Shown here one piece after another: positions 27,101 to 42,100 of a DNA stretch of 64,000 bases. Positions within the stretch are counted from its first letter, which is position 1, and each line of letters opens with the position of its first letter. The stretch is from Podarcis tiliguerta (lineage: Eukaryota). The translations under genes were made by a program, and so were the position numbers. The notes under the pieces are model-generated. The model saw nothing but the letters and a program-made list of their open reading frames with translations, was not told the DNA's origin and made no database searches. The DNA lies in NCBI GenBank assembly GCA_965153285.1, contig OZ229114.1. One strand, 5' to 3'.

Positions 27101-30100
27101 TCCATACAACATGTTTTTATTTTAACACATTCTTAAAAAAATAATAATTAGATTTTCCATCATACAATTTAAGAGAAAAAGAGAAAAAAATACATAACAG
27201 AAAAGAAACATTAATTCATTATACATTAAATCATTATACAATATCCAAAAAAGAAGAAGAAAAAGAACATAAACAAAATAAAATGAACCCACCACCCTGT
27301 TTAACTTCCCTCCACCACTACTCGTCTTCTCTAGAATCAATTTTACCCTTATCATTGCGTTCTGGTTGTTTTTATTTTCTCTATATACATACATATGTCA
27401 CTGATAATTTATTGTTTTGATGCATTTACATTCTTAGTCTAAGCATATTAGCATGTCTTTTTTGGAGCAGTATTTTGCCATATCATAATCAAAGCATTGC
27501 CATTCATTTTTCAGTTTTTGATTCGACTGCTGTCGTATGGATGCAGTTAGTTTAGCCAATTTTAAATATTCATTTAATTTGAAAATCCATTCCTCCTTGG
27601 TAGGTAATTCTTTAGCTTTCCATTTAGGTGCTATTACTATTCTACCTGCGGTGGTTGCATATAAGAAAATTCTTTTTTTCGATTTCAGTATTTCTTTCCC
27701 TAATAGGCCCAGTAGGTAAGCCTCTGGTTTTTTCATTAGTGGGATTTTAAGCATTTTTTTCAAGTCCTCATGTATTTCTCCCCAGAAGTACTTAATTGGG
27801 GTGCAGCTCTGACTTTAATCTTCTCATATGTTGTTAAAGCCCTCCAGGTCTAATAAATCTGCTTTTTCCAAAGTGATCCATTCTTCCAGCCATACAAGGC
27901 ATTCTGCTTCATAATATATTTCTTCCAATATAAAATAATGCCTTGGAGCCTCACAGCACAGCACAGTTTAAAGGGACTCCCCAATCGAAAGCAGATCATG
28001 TGCAAATGTAATGGAAGATTAAATACCTGTTCCAAATTTACTGAAGGGGTGATTGGGATTTCCAGTAGCCTTTTCCAGCTGAAATAGTCTCCAAGCATCA
28101 TTCATTAAATTCTTCTCATGCTCAGAATCAACAGCATTCACTTCTCTGTCTTTGCAGCTTTCATCAAACAGAGGGCACAAGAAAAACTGAGCAAACCTGC
28201 AAGAAAAAAAGTCAGATTTCCCAAATCAATGTTTCGACAATTAAATTGTTGATAGTTTAACACATGAAATTCATGTTCAGTGTGGAGAAGCACACAATTT
28301 ATTATCAGTTCAGGATAGGATTTGCCCACCAGGTCTGAGCCTTTTGTCTTCAATGCTCTGGACAGATGCCCATAATTTAATTAAAAATTTTGTTCACCTG
28401 GAGCCACTCTGTTGCTAAGTAGTCTCATCACCAAGTGGATGTTCTAATCTAGTGCAATTTACTATAATGACCTTTTTAGCAGACAGGACACAATCTATGA
28501 GCAAGATACCATCAGCTGCCTTGTTTGCTACTTCAGATCTGCTTCTTCTTGCTGTTGTCTTATGAACTAGCCACTCAAAGTTTCCTTAGCAGAGGCCTGC
28601 TGTGTGTCTGTGAAAAAAGAGCTATTGGGACCTGCTCTACATAGACATACTGAGGACCCTTCCAAAATCACCAAAGCTAATGTTACTAAGCCTCTCCTTG
28701 GCCCTCAACATGAACCAAAGAACTTTTTTTAAAAAAGTAAAAGAACACAGACCATGAAATGAGTGAGGGCTGTGCAACCTGTTAATTACTTTGTCTTTGG
28801 AAAAAAAATCATGCTAAATTACCTGGGAGTAAGCCCCACCAAATTCAACTTACTTCTGAGTAGACATACCAGAGATTGCACTGTTATTTTGCTAACTCTG
28901 AAGTAAAATCAAATATACAGTATGCAGCAGTAGCTTGAATATCCCTATTTTCACCAAATATAAAATTCCACAGAGAGAAGAGCCTTTGAGAGTCAGCTGA
29001 TAAATATGCAACATATGCTGAGAGTGTAAGCAGAATATATTTATAGAACAAACATATGTGAGGTTCCTATGCAACACTTTCATGGTTATGTAAAGTAACA
29101 GCAAAATGATAAACCATATGAAGTTTTTAAGACACTCGCCATACTGTTGATGAGTCTCTCCTCACTTAGAACCTATTTTGATATACTACCGCAAGGGCTC
29201 ATTCCATATGTTTTCTTTTATCACTGTTATTCCCAAGATGTTAAAAGTATTTCAGTAATTTAGTCTTTACAATTGTATTAAAGTCATTATTATAAAAAAG
29301 CAGAAGTAATAAATACACTAAATAATGTTATCATCTGGTAGGACTCTCATGTTAATTGTGCTTGCTGGAAAGACAAAACCAAACCAATATATTTAATCAT
29401 TAATAGATATGCTCACCTGTCCAGGGCACCTTCCAAGTGTTCATGTGATACATCAAAATAAAAGTTGGTGTGTTCTCCACTGGTAAAAGCATTTGAACTT
29501 CCTGCGTGTTCACTGAGAAATTGGCTGTACTCATTTTCTTTTGGGTATTTCTCAGTTCCCAAAAAAAGCATATGTTCACAAAAATGGCTTAACCCAGCAA
29601 TGTTAGGGGGATCAGATAATGACCCTATGAATAGGAGAAATGGGCAGAAATAGAGTCTTACTTTAAAAGCTGATACACAAATTCAGTATAAAGCAATCAA
29701 ATCATCCAGAACAATCAACATTTTAACACTTTTCTCTGGGTCAGAGAAATCATCTTAGTGATTATGACTGCAAATATTTAGGAAATTATATAGCTCTATT
29801 TCCCTTTGCAGAAAAGCTAGGCTGGAATGCACCTGCTAGTATACAGCTGCTTCATACTAACTTTAGAGAAGCTATAGGAAAGGTGTTAGCTGGAAATCAG
29901 AGGCAAGTGGTTTATGTGAGCACCCCAAGCAGTTCAAACTACAAAGAAAAGATATTTGATAAAACAGGACATACATATGTAACCATTTTGGTTTTTGGTT
30001 TTTAATCAGAACATCTAGGTAACAACCATGTTCTAATTTCATGTTGGCTTAACATGCAAATACATCATTTTCAGGCCTACTATCTGACTTCTCAAACATA

Positions 30101-33100
30101 TTACACAAGGAATAATTTTCATATGACATGCCATATGCCATTAATTTATACCAGGAAATTAAACTATTTTCTTCCATGCATTCCCCGGCAAACACACTGG
30201 GAGCTTAAGCGCAGAAGGATATGGAGCATATAAATTGAGTTCGTCTATCATTCATCCTCGAAAAACTTAGACCTGCTTTAGAACAAGTAATTTATACAGT
30301 CAGTTTTATGACAAACCTAACTTCTGAGGCTAATCTGGCTAAGGCTACAATCCTACTTCCATTTAACTGGGAGAAAGCTGCACTGAATTCAACAGGACTT
30401 ACTTCTGACTAGAAAAGGATAGCCAGCACTGTAAGACTGCAAACCTATACCCATCTTCCTGGGAGTTCAATGAGGTTTTGTGCACTTCCAAATAATGTCA
30501 ACTTCCAAGTAAGCAAAACTAGGATTGCAGCCTCAGTGTAGTATGTAGAAGGTTGTAAACCATATTTTTTTTAAAGTTATCGCATTTGAATTAGATTACA
30601 GTGCAAAACCAAGTTACAATATATTATAGATGATCATATACCTATGTGTACATCAAGTGCAGCTGAAGACTTGTCTGTAGTGGGGTCACTGATAAGCATT
30701 GCCTTGATGCCATTTGCCAGTTCTAGCCCACGATACTCTCGTTTATCTTCAGGTGATTTGATAATTTCATTTGCTATTCTTTTAATAGCAAGATGACTCA
30801 TTTTGTTGTGTGTTGCTTGCTGAAGCCTAAAAAAAAAAGCAGTAAAAGTTAAAGCCATATCTCAGTTCAAATAGCCTAAGAAAAGGGGGAGACACATTTG
30901 CAACTCAAGAACAGTCAACTCCAGAAGGTCCAGATCAAAAACTTATTGTCCACAGTCCAACACTGTAAGGCATACTTAAGTTCACTGAAATCAATAGACT
31001 AAAGCTATATTACTTCCTTCAAATGTAGAACAGCTCTGAGTGCTTTCAATAACAAGTTGGCCTAATAATGGTCACAGTGAATCCAGTTTATTAATATCTA
31101 TTTTATAATATTAAAAGCCTGTAATTTATTTCCTTTTTATCTATAACAATATAGTTGCTGTCAGCCTTCACTAATTGATAATATTGGCTATATATTGAAA
31201 AAAGTGCAATGTAAAATCAACATATCTTGTCTAAATAAAAGCATTATTTCAGTTATGATGCAGTTTATAACATCATTTTCATCTGCCAAGAGTAGATTAC
31301 TATAGCTCTTTAAATTCATGATGAATTGCTTTACAATGAAAATAGAATGCTAGAGAGCCAAAATGAACTGACCAAGCAGGTTCAAAATGTCACAACCACA
31401 CACCCAATGACAAGCCAAAAACAATTTACTTCAATGTCTGTGATTCTGTGAATTAATTCAAGCCCACATGAAAGGTGAAGTCATTCATGCTGGGCTATTT
31501 ACCTGACTACACCCTTATTCGGAACTGAATAAATATAATTGCATTTCCTGTATTTGTTCATGCTACATACACCCTATTCCTGACCTGTCATTGATCTAGC
31601 TAGAAGATAGGAACAAAAGAAAAGAAGAAGCATAGAAAAATAAGAAAACCATCCCTGCACATATTCCAGGTACTAGGCATCATTGCAAGAGCTTCTTGTT
31701 CTGTCTTTGCATACAGTCTCTTGTTTCTTGGCTTTCATGTAAAGCATATAAATATATATTTAAAATATATGCCTAAAAGGAACAGCATGCCTTCTTCAAC
31801 CTGCCAAATAAAAATGCTTTTGTGCTGCAATTCTATCCACACTTACCCAAGAGCAAGCCAAACTGAAAACTATGAGACTTATTTCTGAGTAGAAAGACAC
31901 AACATCAGCCTGTTAACAAGGTCCCTTTTCAGTTCCTAGATCATTCTCGCCTCTTTCACCCAAGTATCTTGTACTCTGCAAACTAAAGTGCTGAATGATT
32001 TGTTCCCAGTGTCTCCTGGCAATTACACCACCAGGCTGAAACACTGAAGACAAATACAAAGTGTATTAGCTATTTGGAGCAGAACAGCATCACATTACGA
32101 TTGTTCTAAATAATTCATTTGATAAAACTACAAAGCTATTCCATCATTACTGTTACTGCCACAAAAGTAAAGAAACTTCAAAAGGAAAAAATAACAGCAT
32201 AGAATTTTGGGAACAGTGCTATTTACGTACTTTTTTTAAAAAAAAGGTAACAGAAGAATGTGAAAAATTAAGGCTTAGAGGAAGGCGAAATAAGTACTAG
32301 AGAATAGTGTGTTTAAGGACTATTATGTATCTAGGGACACGGGTGGTGCTGTGGGTTAAAGCCTCAGCGCTTAGGGCTTGCCGATCGAAAGGTCAGTGGT
32401 TCGAATCCCCACGGCGGGGTGCGCTCCCATTGTTCGGTCCCAGCGCCTGCCAACCTAGCAGTTCGAAAGCACTCTCGGGTGCAAGTAGATAAATAGGGGC
32501 CGCTTACTAGTGGGAAGGTAAACGGCGTTTCCGTGTGCGGCTCTGGCTCGCCAGAGCAGCGATGTCACGCTGGCCACGTGACCCGGAAGTGTCTCCGGAC
32601 AGCGCTGGCCCCCGGCCTCTTTGAGTGAGATGGGCGCACAACCCTAGAGTCTGTCAAGACTGGCCCATACGGGCAGGGGTACCTTTACCCTTTACCTTTA
32701 TGTATCTAGGCCAAAATCAGTCCACATATTTAAAGACACACACATCACAACTGCACACTCCAAGTAGTTAGCAAGGTCTACGAAAAGCATTTTGGGTTCC
32801 ACACAGTCAATTATCATGCAACTGTGCAGAGGACATCCATCCATATGGAACAGTGGATATTTTTAAACATTTTAATAGAGAAACGTAAATAAAAATAAAT
32901 AAACTTACTTGCATAAATATTTTTATGTTCTCCAATCAATCTCATACTGATCATGGGTTAAACTACAGAGTAAAATTCCACTGTCTACTGACACTATCAA
33001 AGTCCATAGCCCTCACTTATATACTAAACATTTTACATTGATGTTTTATGCAAACCAGTTTGATCTCAGCTACAGCACACTGCATTTCTAAAATCAAGGT

Positions 33101-36100
33101 GTTCATCTTGCTCTGTATAGACTTCCTCATCCCTCATTGAGAACTGTGCTAACCTATGAAACAGCAGATGTGAACAAGACAAGCAAAAGAAAAAATAGTC
33201 AAAAGATACCATGCCAAAGAGCAGAGGTTGCAGACAGGCACAATTAAGAATCAAACTGAGGGGTCAGGCAGCTGTAGAAGCGAAAGCCTGTAATAGCAAC
33301 AACTGCTCCAGTAACAGAGGATTAGGATAAATTAATAAGAAATAATAGTTAAAAAGTAGGGGTATAGTGGGGTTTAAAAGAACAGAAGGAAATAGAGCCA
33401 ATATGATACACAGATGTCATATTTGAGAGTTGCATAGGTATTCAGTGCAGACAGCAGTCGGACTCTGTGGAGCTTATGTTGGGATTCATGTTCCGGTTGG
33501 GAGTTCAACAGTGCGCCAGCTGCCCAGCTGATTTCCTAGCTTAGATTATGGACATGATCTGAGACCTAGTATTGGAGTGATCAGTGGAGCATAAAAGGAA
33601 CTGACTTGTGTACCACAAGCCTCACTCTGACACTAATGCTGTTTAACGTGTATATGAAACCGTTGGTAGATACCATCCAGGACTTTGAAGTGAGACATAA
33701 TTCATATATTGATACCACCCAGTCCAGGAATCACTTGGTTCTGAACCAGTGACTAGAATGCCACAGCCAAGTGCTGGAAGGAACCAATTGGGTAGCCACC
33801 AAGGGAAGAAGGCTCAGAGCCCAAAGAATGGTAGTGGGACAATGATGAGTAGTCAGAGGGAGAAGACTGGGAAGTTGAGATGTTGGAAGCTGAAGGGATA
33901 ACAGGGCTCAGTGAGTTGGGAGAGTGTGGCAGAAAGAAGTCAAGAATCAGAGGCTGAAGCGGCAGAGTAGAAGAAGGGAGGTCAAAAGGCAGAGGCAGTC
34001 AGGCTGGTGAAGAGTCATGGGTGTCTCCCTCTCCTGCTGCAACAAGTTCCCCCTCCCAACTCACAGAACCAAGAGAGGAATAAAATGGGCAAAGCAGACA
34101 GACTGCACACAGGCAAAGTCTCCAATCGCTTGCAAGAAGCCCTGGAGAGGAGGAGACTTAAGACAAGGAGTACTCAGCTAAATCTGTGAAGACTGATTCT
34201 CTAACCAAGAGTTAACCTCAGCTGTGTGATTTGCTGACCGGCTTGCTCTGTGACATAGAAGGTGTGGATGTGGTCAGCCAAACTAATTGTAACCAGACAA
34301 GTCAGAAGTGATGTGAGTAAATAACCCTAAAGCTTTGGAGGGAGGTTATGCACATAATCATCTAAGGCATAGTTTTGGACAGAATCTGCAATTATTTAAA
34401 TCAATGAGCTCTCGCCCCACTGACCCATGTTTTTATCACCTTGAAAATCAAGTAATGCAATGTGTACTACGTTCAGCTGCCCTCATAAATGACTCATGAG
34501 CTACAGCTAGTACAGAATATCACTGCTTACTTCCTGATGAACATGGGGAGGTGATTAACATATAATCAATTTTGCAGGAGCTGTACTAGTTTCCTGAGAA
34601 CTTCTGAGCCTAATTCAATATCATAGTACTTACCTTTAAACCAGAGAAAGCTAACCTGTGACCCTATAGTTGTTTCTGGACTACAACTTCCATCATCCCT
34701 GACTATGGGTCATGTTGACTAGGGGGTGATGGGAGTTGGGAGACCAACATCATCTGGAAGGCCACAAGCTCCCTATCTCTGCTTTAAATCATGCACAGCC
34801 TGGACCCAGCATTCATCAATAGGAACCACCTCTCTCTGTATTGAACCCTATTATGGTGTAAGATAAAAGATCAAGTCCTGCTCTGTATTTCCTCAGGAAG
34901 TGAAATCAGCAGCTAAAAGCCAGTCTTTCATTTGGTATCACTCCGAGATTCTGGAATAACTTTCTAAATGGATTTTTTTAAATAAAAAAAGTCTGTCTTG
35001 ATGGCATTCTGGAGGGATTTGCAAACTATTTTACATGAAGTAGACAGAAGATAAATAGGATGCTTTGGAGTGGTATGACTATTATTAGGTTGTGGTTTTT
35101 TGTGCTTTTATGTTCTATCAGATTTTAAGTATTGCTTTTCATTTTAATGCAAAGTGCACTGAGCTTAGTAAAAGTAGCATACAAATGTTTTGAGGCACAG
35201 ACACTGGACTGGAAGTAAGAGGAAAGGGTCCACAGAATGGGTCCAAGTTAAGTTTTTCACTTAGAAAGCAACCAGAAAAGTGCATTTTGCATTTAAGCTG
35301 TGGGCCTTTCCCAATTTATACTGGAGCTAAGAAGCTGTATATAAAGTACTGCTTTGGCTGAGTGGCCTCTGAAAGCTGACATTATGGAACAGTTAACAAC
35401 ATTTACCTTTCGATCCACAGTTAAGGATGAGTCCTAAATTAGAGTAATAAAGCCTGTAATGAACAGTATGTTGCAAAATATAGCACAAGGTAGAGCAGAA
35501 GGATTCAAATGGCTACAATGTCAGAAATTCCCGCAACTGACAAATTCAGGTATGACACCCACAGAAGCCAATGTTTCCATTAAATAAAATCCACCAGCTG
35601 CACAATTCCTGCCAAATGGCAATCAGGTTAATGTAACTTCTCACCTCTTCTATAACGAAGACAGCATTCAGAGCTTTGGAGGAATTCATTAAAACTCACT
35701 ACTATCATATACAAATAAAAAATAACCAAGTCCATTCCCTAACATAGCTTTTAGCCTAGTCCTCCTTATACACATTCCTTGTTGACCTTAAAAAACTCTT
35801 AAAGACAGGGAGTGAAGATGAGGGGGCTGATATTGTGACATATTTCCTAAAGTAATAGTGACATTTAAAGGCACATCAGCCAATAACAAGCTTTTTTTTG
35901 ATATATTACTCTCAGTAATGAAAAAGAGGCATTTTCATCAATGTACAGATCTATTTAAATACATTACTGTTCAGTAGTTTTAAGTCACACTTTTTATATT
36001 GTTCAGTGTGGTACAACACAAAAGTTCATTGTACTTAGAAAAGATCTAGCAGTGTCACCCCCCTATCTCCAGAGTCAGACTTCAATCACATCTGCATCAT

Positions 36101-39100
36101 CACTCATGTCCCAAGCAAGTGGTGTGGTAAAGTACCATCACTCACCTGACCTCTGGTCAGTTGTTGCTCTAACCAGGAGGTGAAGCCATGTTGGTACAGT
36201 GCTCTCACTGGTGTGTTTGTACCATGCTGCCCTTGCTGCTGCCTTTCCCCTCCCAATAGTCCTCCAGCTAAGCAGCAGCAACATGAGGGCAGGTAAGTGG
36301 CGACACCACACCACCTGCTACTTACCCCAAGTAATTTAAAAATCTTTGTAACTATTAAGTTCACTGTTTGAAAGTCACTGGCTATATCTAGTAATCAAGG
36401 AAGTGAGATAGATCATAGAACTATAAGCTTGGAAGGGACCTCAAGGATCATCTAGTCCAACTCCCCTGCTATGCAGAAATCACTAGTGACTCATGTTAAG
36501 TTTGTGGTCTACTAAGACCCCTAAAGCCTTTTCACATGTACTACTGGCAAGCCAGGTGTCCCCTATCTTATATTTGTGCAGCTGGTTATTGCTGTGCATG
36601 TGCAGAACCTTAGATTTGTCCCTATTGAAATTCATTTTGTTAGTTTGGCCCATTTCTCCAATCTGTTGAAGTCATCTTGAATCCCAATTCTGTCTTCTGC
36701 AGCATCACCTACCCCTCCCAGTTAGGTGTCATCTGCAAATTTGATGAGCATCCCGTCAATTCCCTCATCAAAGTCATTAAACTGACATTTAACAACAGGC
36801 CAGACTTGTCACTTTTTTCCAGGATTAAAAATGATTTTGCCATAAATGCTTTAAGAATTATGATGTTTTAAAGACTTTTACATATGAAGTGTTGACAAAC
36901 TCAGCTACAAATATCTCTACTCTACCTAATTCATAAATCTAAGTCAAAAGTACCTCCAGAAATGTATAAATGGCATCTCCCTGCATCCCGCTTTTGTCAT
37001 GACGTTTTTAAATTGATAACTGTCTGCTTTATTTTAGAATCCCGAGTTTAGTTCTTGTTCAAATGCTACATAGAAGCAGAAAAAGAAAATGAATCCTAGA
37101 GTTGATAGATCTCACTGTGTAGGTAAGAATCTGTTTCCTTCTGCATGTTACAGCAAAAGCATGACTCATCCCTACTTGTGCTTCCTATGCATCTAATTTA
37201 ACACACACCTTGGCTTTCACAGTTCCTACTTTTTTTGTCCTGGCAAGGGCTCTGTGTCTTTATTAGGCCTCTGACAGGCAAATAAAACATGTAACAAATT
37301 TGCCAAGCAATGGTACATAGTCTTCAGAAAGCTACATCTGTTGAAATTCTACCTGTTATGCAGCTGTTAGAGGCACAAAAAACTCATCATAATTATGAAG
37401 ATACTTTCAACAGAAGCTAAATGCACTTGCTAAGGTGGTACCTAATAATACTTCTGGGAACAAGTATTGAACTAGCATGTGACAGTCTGAGTAATCTATA
37501 TTTATAGCAGCTTAAACACTGACCTGGAATAACCCAGATAATGAGATCAATTAATTTCCAGTTCAATTAAAAACAGGACTTTTCCTATGGAGATACAGTT
37601 TGGATGTATAGTGGCTTATTCTTCCCTCTCTCTCTGCCTCCTGGATATTTTTATAGAGAAACACATTACTTACATGCTATATATTAGTGACACTTCTCAC
37701 AACCTCAACAGGGAAATGGCTTTCATCAAATTAGTTCCTAAGCTTGTGCAAGGCAAACCAGAGCTCATTAACAATAAGCATTCTTCTAAACAAGAATATG
37801 AACACTCCCCAATTCACCACTTGTATATCTTTTTGCTTTATATATCTAGATATATAAAGCGTATCTTTATACTTCCTGGGGATTCTCAATAATAGCCAGT
37901 TCTGAAATAGTTAATACTGTACCATTAAAGAGGAAATGTACGATGGCACATATCACGGATGCAAAGTTTGAGTTGCCTTCAACAGAACATTTTTATGATG
38001 AAAGTGGCTTGCAACTGAGATCTAAACAATTGCGTGGGAAGGAGTTACAGAAAGGATACACACAAAAACACATACATACTCCCAAGCTGTTTATAGAGGT
38101 TTTTACAGTGATTTAGAGGAATGCTTCAGTCATAAGCATTTATTTTCAGTAATGATAAACTATGTTTATCATTTCTAAAAATAAAGAGGACCCATAGTGG
38201 TATACAATATAATAAACTAAAATTAAATTATGAACATAATGACATTAATTGAAAGAAGAACCCTCACAAGTGGTGTACAAAGTTCTGGCATTTCAGGTGC
38301 TGTCATTAAAGGGTAGCCACACAGGAAGTGACTCAAATGGAATAACAGGAAGGATAAATGCTGTTATTCATGGATTGAGTAAGGGGTTGGGCTTAATGGC
38401 TTACAAGCCCCCCCCCCTTCAATCAAGACTATTTGGTGGCAATAACAAGCATTAACATGCTTAGAAGAGGAAACAGAGAAGTTTCACCGGAGTGAGAATA
38501 AGATAGAGGAAAAAATACACAACAGTTCATTTCGAAAAGATATTTTTTTATACCATGCACAGTGCAGCAACACAGAAGCGGGTGCTCACAAAGCCTGAAG
38601 TTCTCTGGCAATAACTTAATGGGAAAATATCAGTGAGGTGCACAGGTGTCTGCAAGAGCTGAAATGAAAGGTTAATTTACTGCAACACATAGGACTTTAT
38701 TCGCACAATGAAAAGAAAGATTACTATCTCATATCAAAACAAGTAGGAAGCCCAAAATGATTCAGCTACATCCCTAGCTGACTATCTTGCATCACTCAAA
38801 GGTCACTGTTTTTCTACAGTATTGTGAACTCCATCCAGCAGATATAATAACCAGATATATTCACCTGATACCTCTCTTTCCTCACAAAATAAAGGGTCAA
38901 GAGCTCCTGATCTTACTGATTATCTGTCAATGCCTTCAAGCTTTGATATACCTGAAGTATAATTTCTATCCCAGAAAACCAGAGAAGACTCACTGCCCTT
39001 GCTCTGGTCTGCACAATTATCTCTTATTTTTAGTCTCTGTAGAACTTATTTACTCATTTTATTATGATTATCCCCCACCTTAGGAAAATAATGAAACTAG

Positions 39101-42100
39101 CTTTTCATCTTGCTTCCCCTTTTCCTTCATTTCCCTTGTAGTTTAAGATCACATTTCTTTCGGCCTTCCAACAGTATTCCTCTCTAATTGGCTTGTTTCT
39201 TGCTGCCCCTTCCATTTTCACAAGGGCCCACACAATCTAATGTTTCAGTGACAAGGGATGGAGACAAGACTACTAATCATGGGAACACTACCTAGAATTG
39301 ATCCCAATGGTAGGTTAAGTGTGTGATGAGCTGGTTGCTGGGAGGGTTCTACTCACTTACTTCATAGGGTACTTATAAATAGGAACCATGTGACAAACTG
39401 GTATCTGTTTCTATCTGGGAAATATGTCAACCAATATTTTAAATATTAAGCCACCCTGTATACTACAAAAAAAACCTAGTTAAAAAACTGGACTGCACTC
39501 TCGCCAGCTGCTTTAACCAAAAAAAGTAACACAATTTTTTCCTAACCACTTTTGTTGTTTCCTGTAATCAATTCTTATCTAGTAGGTACCTTAGAAATAT
39601 AAAAGAAAACCAACCTATACCCTCTCTTTGTTATTTGCTGCTGTATGATCACCTTATAACAGGGATGGCTAATCTCAGTTCAGGTCTGATCTGACCCCTT
39701 AAGCAATTTTTTTCTGGCCCTCCCAGAACTCTGATTTTTGCTGCAGCAGCAAAAAAGAAAGAAAATGAAACAGGCACAGTGCTGGAGTGGGAAGAGCCCA
39801 GTGCCCCAAAGGGAATTCAAATCACTCTCCAGTGTCATGAGATTGATCATCTGAGCAGAGAGGGAATGATAATCACCCTCAGCGTGGATCAGCTGGGGTG
39901 GGGAGGCTGTCTGCCTGTGGATATTCTGTGTAAGAGTGTCTGCACGCATGCAACAGGCAAGTACATTAATGAGTGTGTGGCAGCCACACCTACTACTGGA
40001 ATGGGACCCCTAAGTGAACCCCTCAATTCAAAGAAAGCTACCCTGCCTTACAGAGAGAAGACTCAATTAACATGCCACACAAATTTTCTATCAAGATACT
40101 AACCTTTCATGAAATCAGCAACATAGGGCCTGATCTATCAAGAAAAATGGCTCTCTTGTTTTAAGCCTCTGTGAGAAACAGTTATATTTCAGTAATTGGG
40201 ATGAGTTCATCAGTTTGAAGCACCTGCGTTATCTCACCCTCCTGTGTCTCAAGGTCAGCGACTGGGCCTGCTAACTGAGAATCGACTTCAGCTGTGAGAA
40301 TGAACATATGCCCAAGTTCAGGAAGTTTCTAAGCATTGTCATTGGCTCAGGGGACTCACCCCAGTTGCTATACCTTTTTACTATAAAGTTAGTCATTGCC
40401 TTCACCCCTTTGTCTCTTCTTTCCTGTTGCTTGTACCTGTTTCTTTGTAATGCCTGCAAGATCCTATTTTCTGTGCTAGGGAAGCTTTCGGGTCACTGTT
40501 TTAGAAAGTTAGGGTAGTTTCATGATTCCATTCATAATTGTCAATTGTATTTAAGATCTGCACTTTTTATGGGACTTTCACATGCTTTTCTTTTGAATAA
40601 CTATCTCATTTAAGATGGGTATCTGTCTTTTGGGATAAAGCCTTGGTACTGAATCCAGTTCCTAAGTGCCCTGCTTTTAACTTCTCCTCTGATATCCTAG
40701 AAGGATTCAGTAAGGGTCTCTCAGCCCAGGCTGGTTGGACTTAAGGAGTGGTGGTAGTATACTATATTGCAGGGTTGGTTTTATACCCTGCTCAGTAGAC
40801 AAGATCTGAAACATCAAGAACTGTGCCCAGGGATTTGAGGTAAAAGTTCTTGACGTCAATGTAGCCCACAACTGTGACACACATTTCAGATTCAATGATA
40901 CACTGGTACTATAAATCTAATGGGATCAAGAGAAAGTAAAAGAGCATAATTTCATACTCTGACATTGAAATGGAGATATTCTGTTAGCAAACAGGAGCCA
41001 CAGCCCAAAAAAATTGGGGGGGGGGGAGAGAGAAGTTAAAAAACCTTTTGCTGGAGATGATAGAATTTCTTGTGAATAAGAAAAAATAACAAACAAAGTG
41101 AACAAAAGCCGTAACAGTGTAGGATGGGAGCCTGGATGGATGATCTCATTGTATTAGCATTGGCCATGTCCAAACATTCATAGGGTGGATAGAAAATCCA
41201 ACTACTGTCTATTGCTCCAGCAAAACGAAGCTATCTTCTGTTGTGCGATTCAGCAACTATTTGATCATTGTGCCCAACTGGAAAGGTATCCTCAATTTAC
41301 CTTTTTTTAAAAATCAGTATTGATAATGTATTAAAAAGTTCAAAGAACATTTTAGAAGTACCATTTCCTCCAGGAAGACACAGGAGGGCTGAGATATCAA
41401 ATCATCTGAAGAACTTTTAATGTGCAAATGTATGCAGAGCAACTAAAAATTAAGATTTCTTTAAATGGGAGATCGCCCTACTTCTGATGTTGTGTACAGT
41501 ACATGCATGTGGTGCACATACGGGCAAAAAATAGTAATTAAAGCATGAAATAATCTGAATTGTTGCCAACTCATTTTATGGATTGTGTTGTTGAAACCTT
41601 TGTCCCACTTCTTTAAAAAATTTACTGATGCAGTTATGTGGGCCTAATTCCAACAGAATCAAGGGGTGCATTTATTTCCAACATATATCAGAGTATTAAG
41701 TTACCTTTGGTGAAAGCTTCTCAGTCATCCTTTCTTAATATGTTAGCAACAGATTTATATTTAATAAATAGATCAAATAATTTTTTATAATAGTTCTTAA
41801 GTTCAAAAATCTTGCTACTAAATGACACATTCACTGGAAACCTGTACAACCTGATCTTATTTATGTATGTTTAGTGGTAGGCAACTCCCACCAAGTTCAA
41901 TGGAGCTTAATTCAAAGAGCACTTTGTTGCACCTCATCTTACTACATTAACCTAAGCCTATACATTTTTAAAGCTTTGCATGCTTTTGTTCAGCACTGTG
42001 GTTGTTCTTCCTCATACAGACCAATCTGTCAGAAAACAGATGCCCTATATACCTGCTGTATACTGTACTTAAACTACTGTATTTAAACTAACTGTTGCCT

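Larger units (their letters stand above)
33400..35050 (+). mobile_element. Old fragmented L2-like LINE carrying nested insertions
   Basis: Decayed RT-like coding (gtaccacaa..ctaatgctgtttaacgtgtatatgaaaccgttgg, [10 protein letters not shown]) and C-terminal motif remnants; boundaries approximate. Confidence 0.55.

Noticed and set aside
24958-27763. Two paralogous ~110-130 aa ORFs as a novel gene family
   Set aside because: They resemble truncated L1 ORF2 C-termini followed by retroposon 3'UTRs
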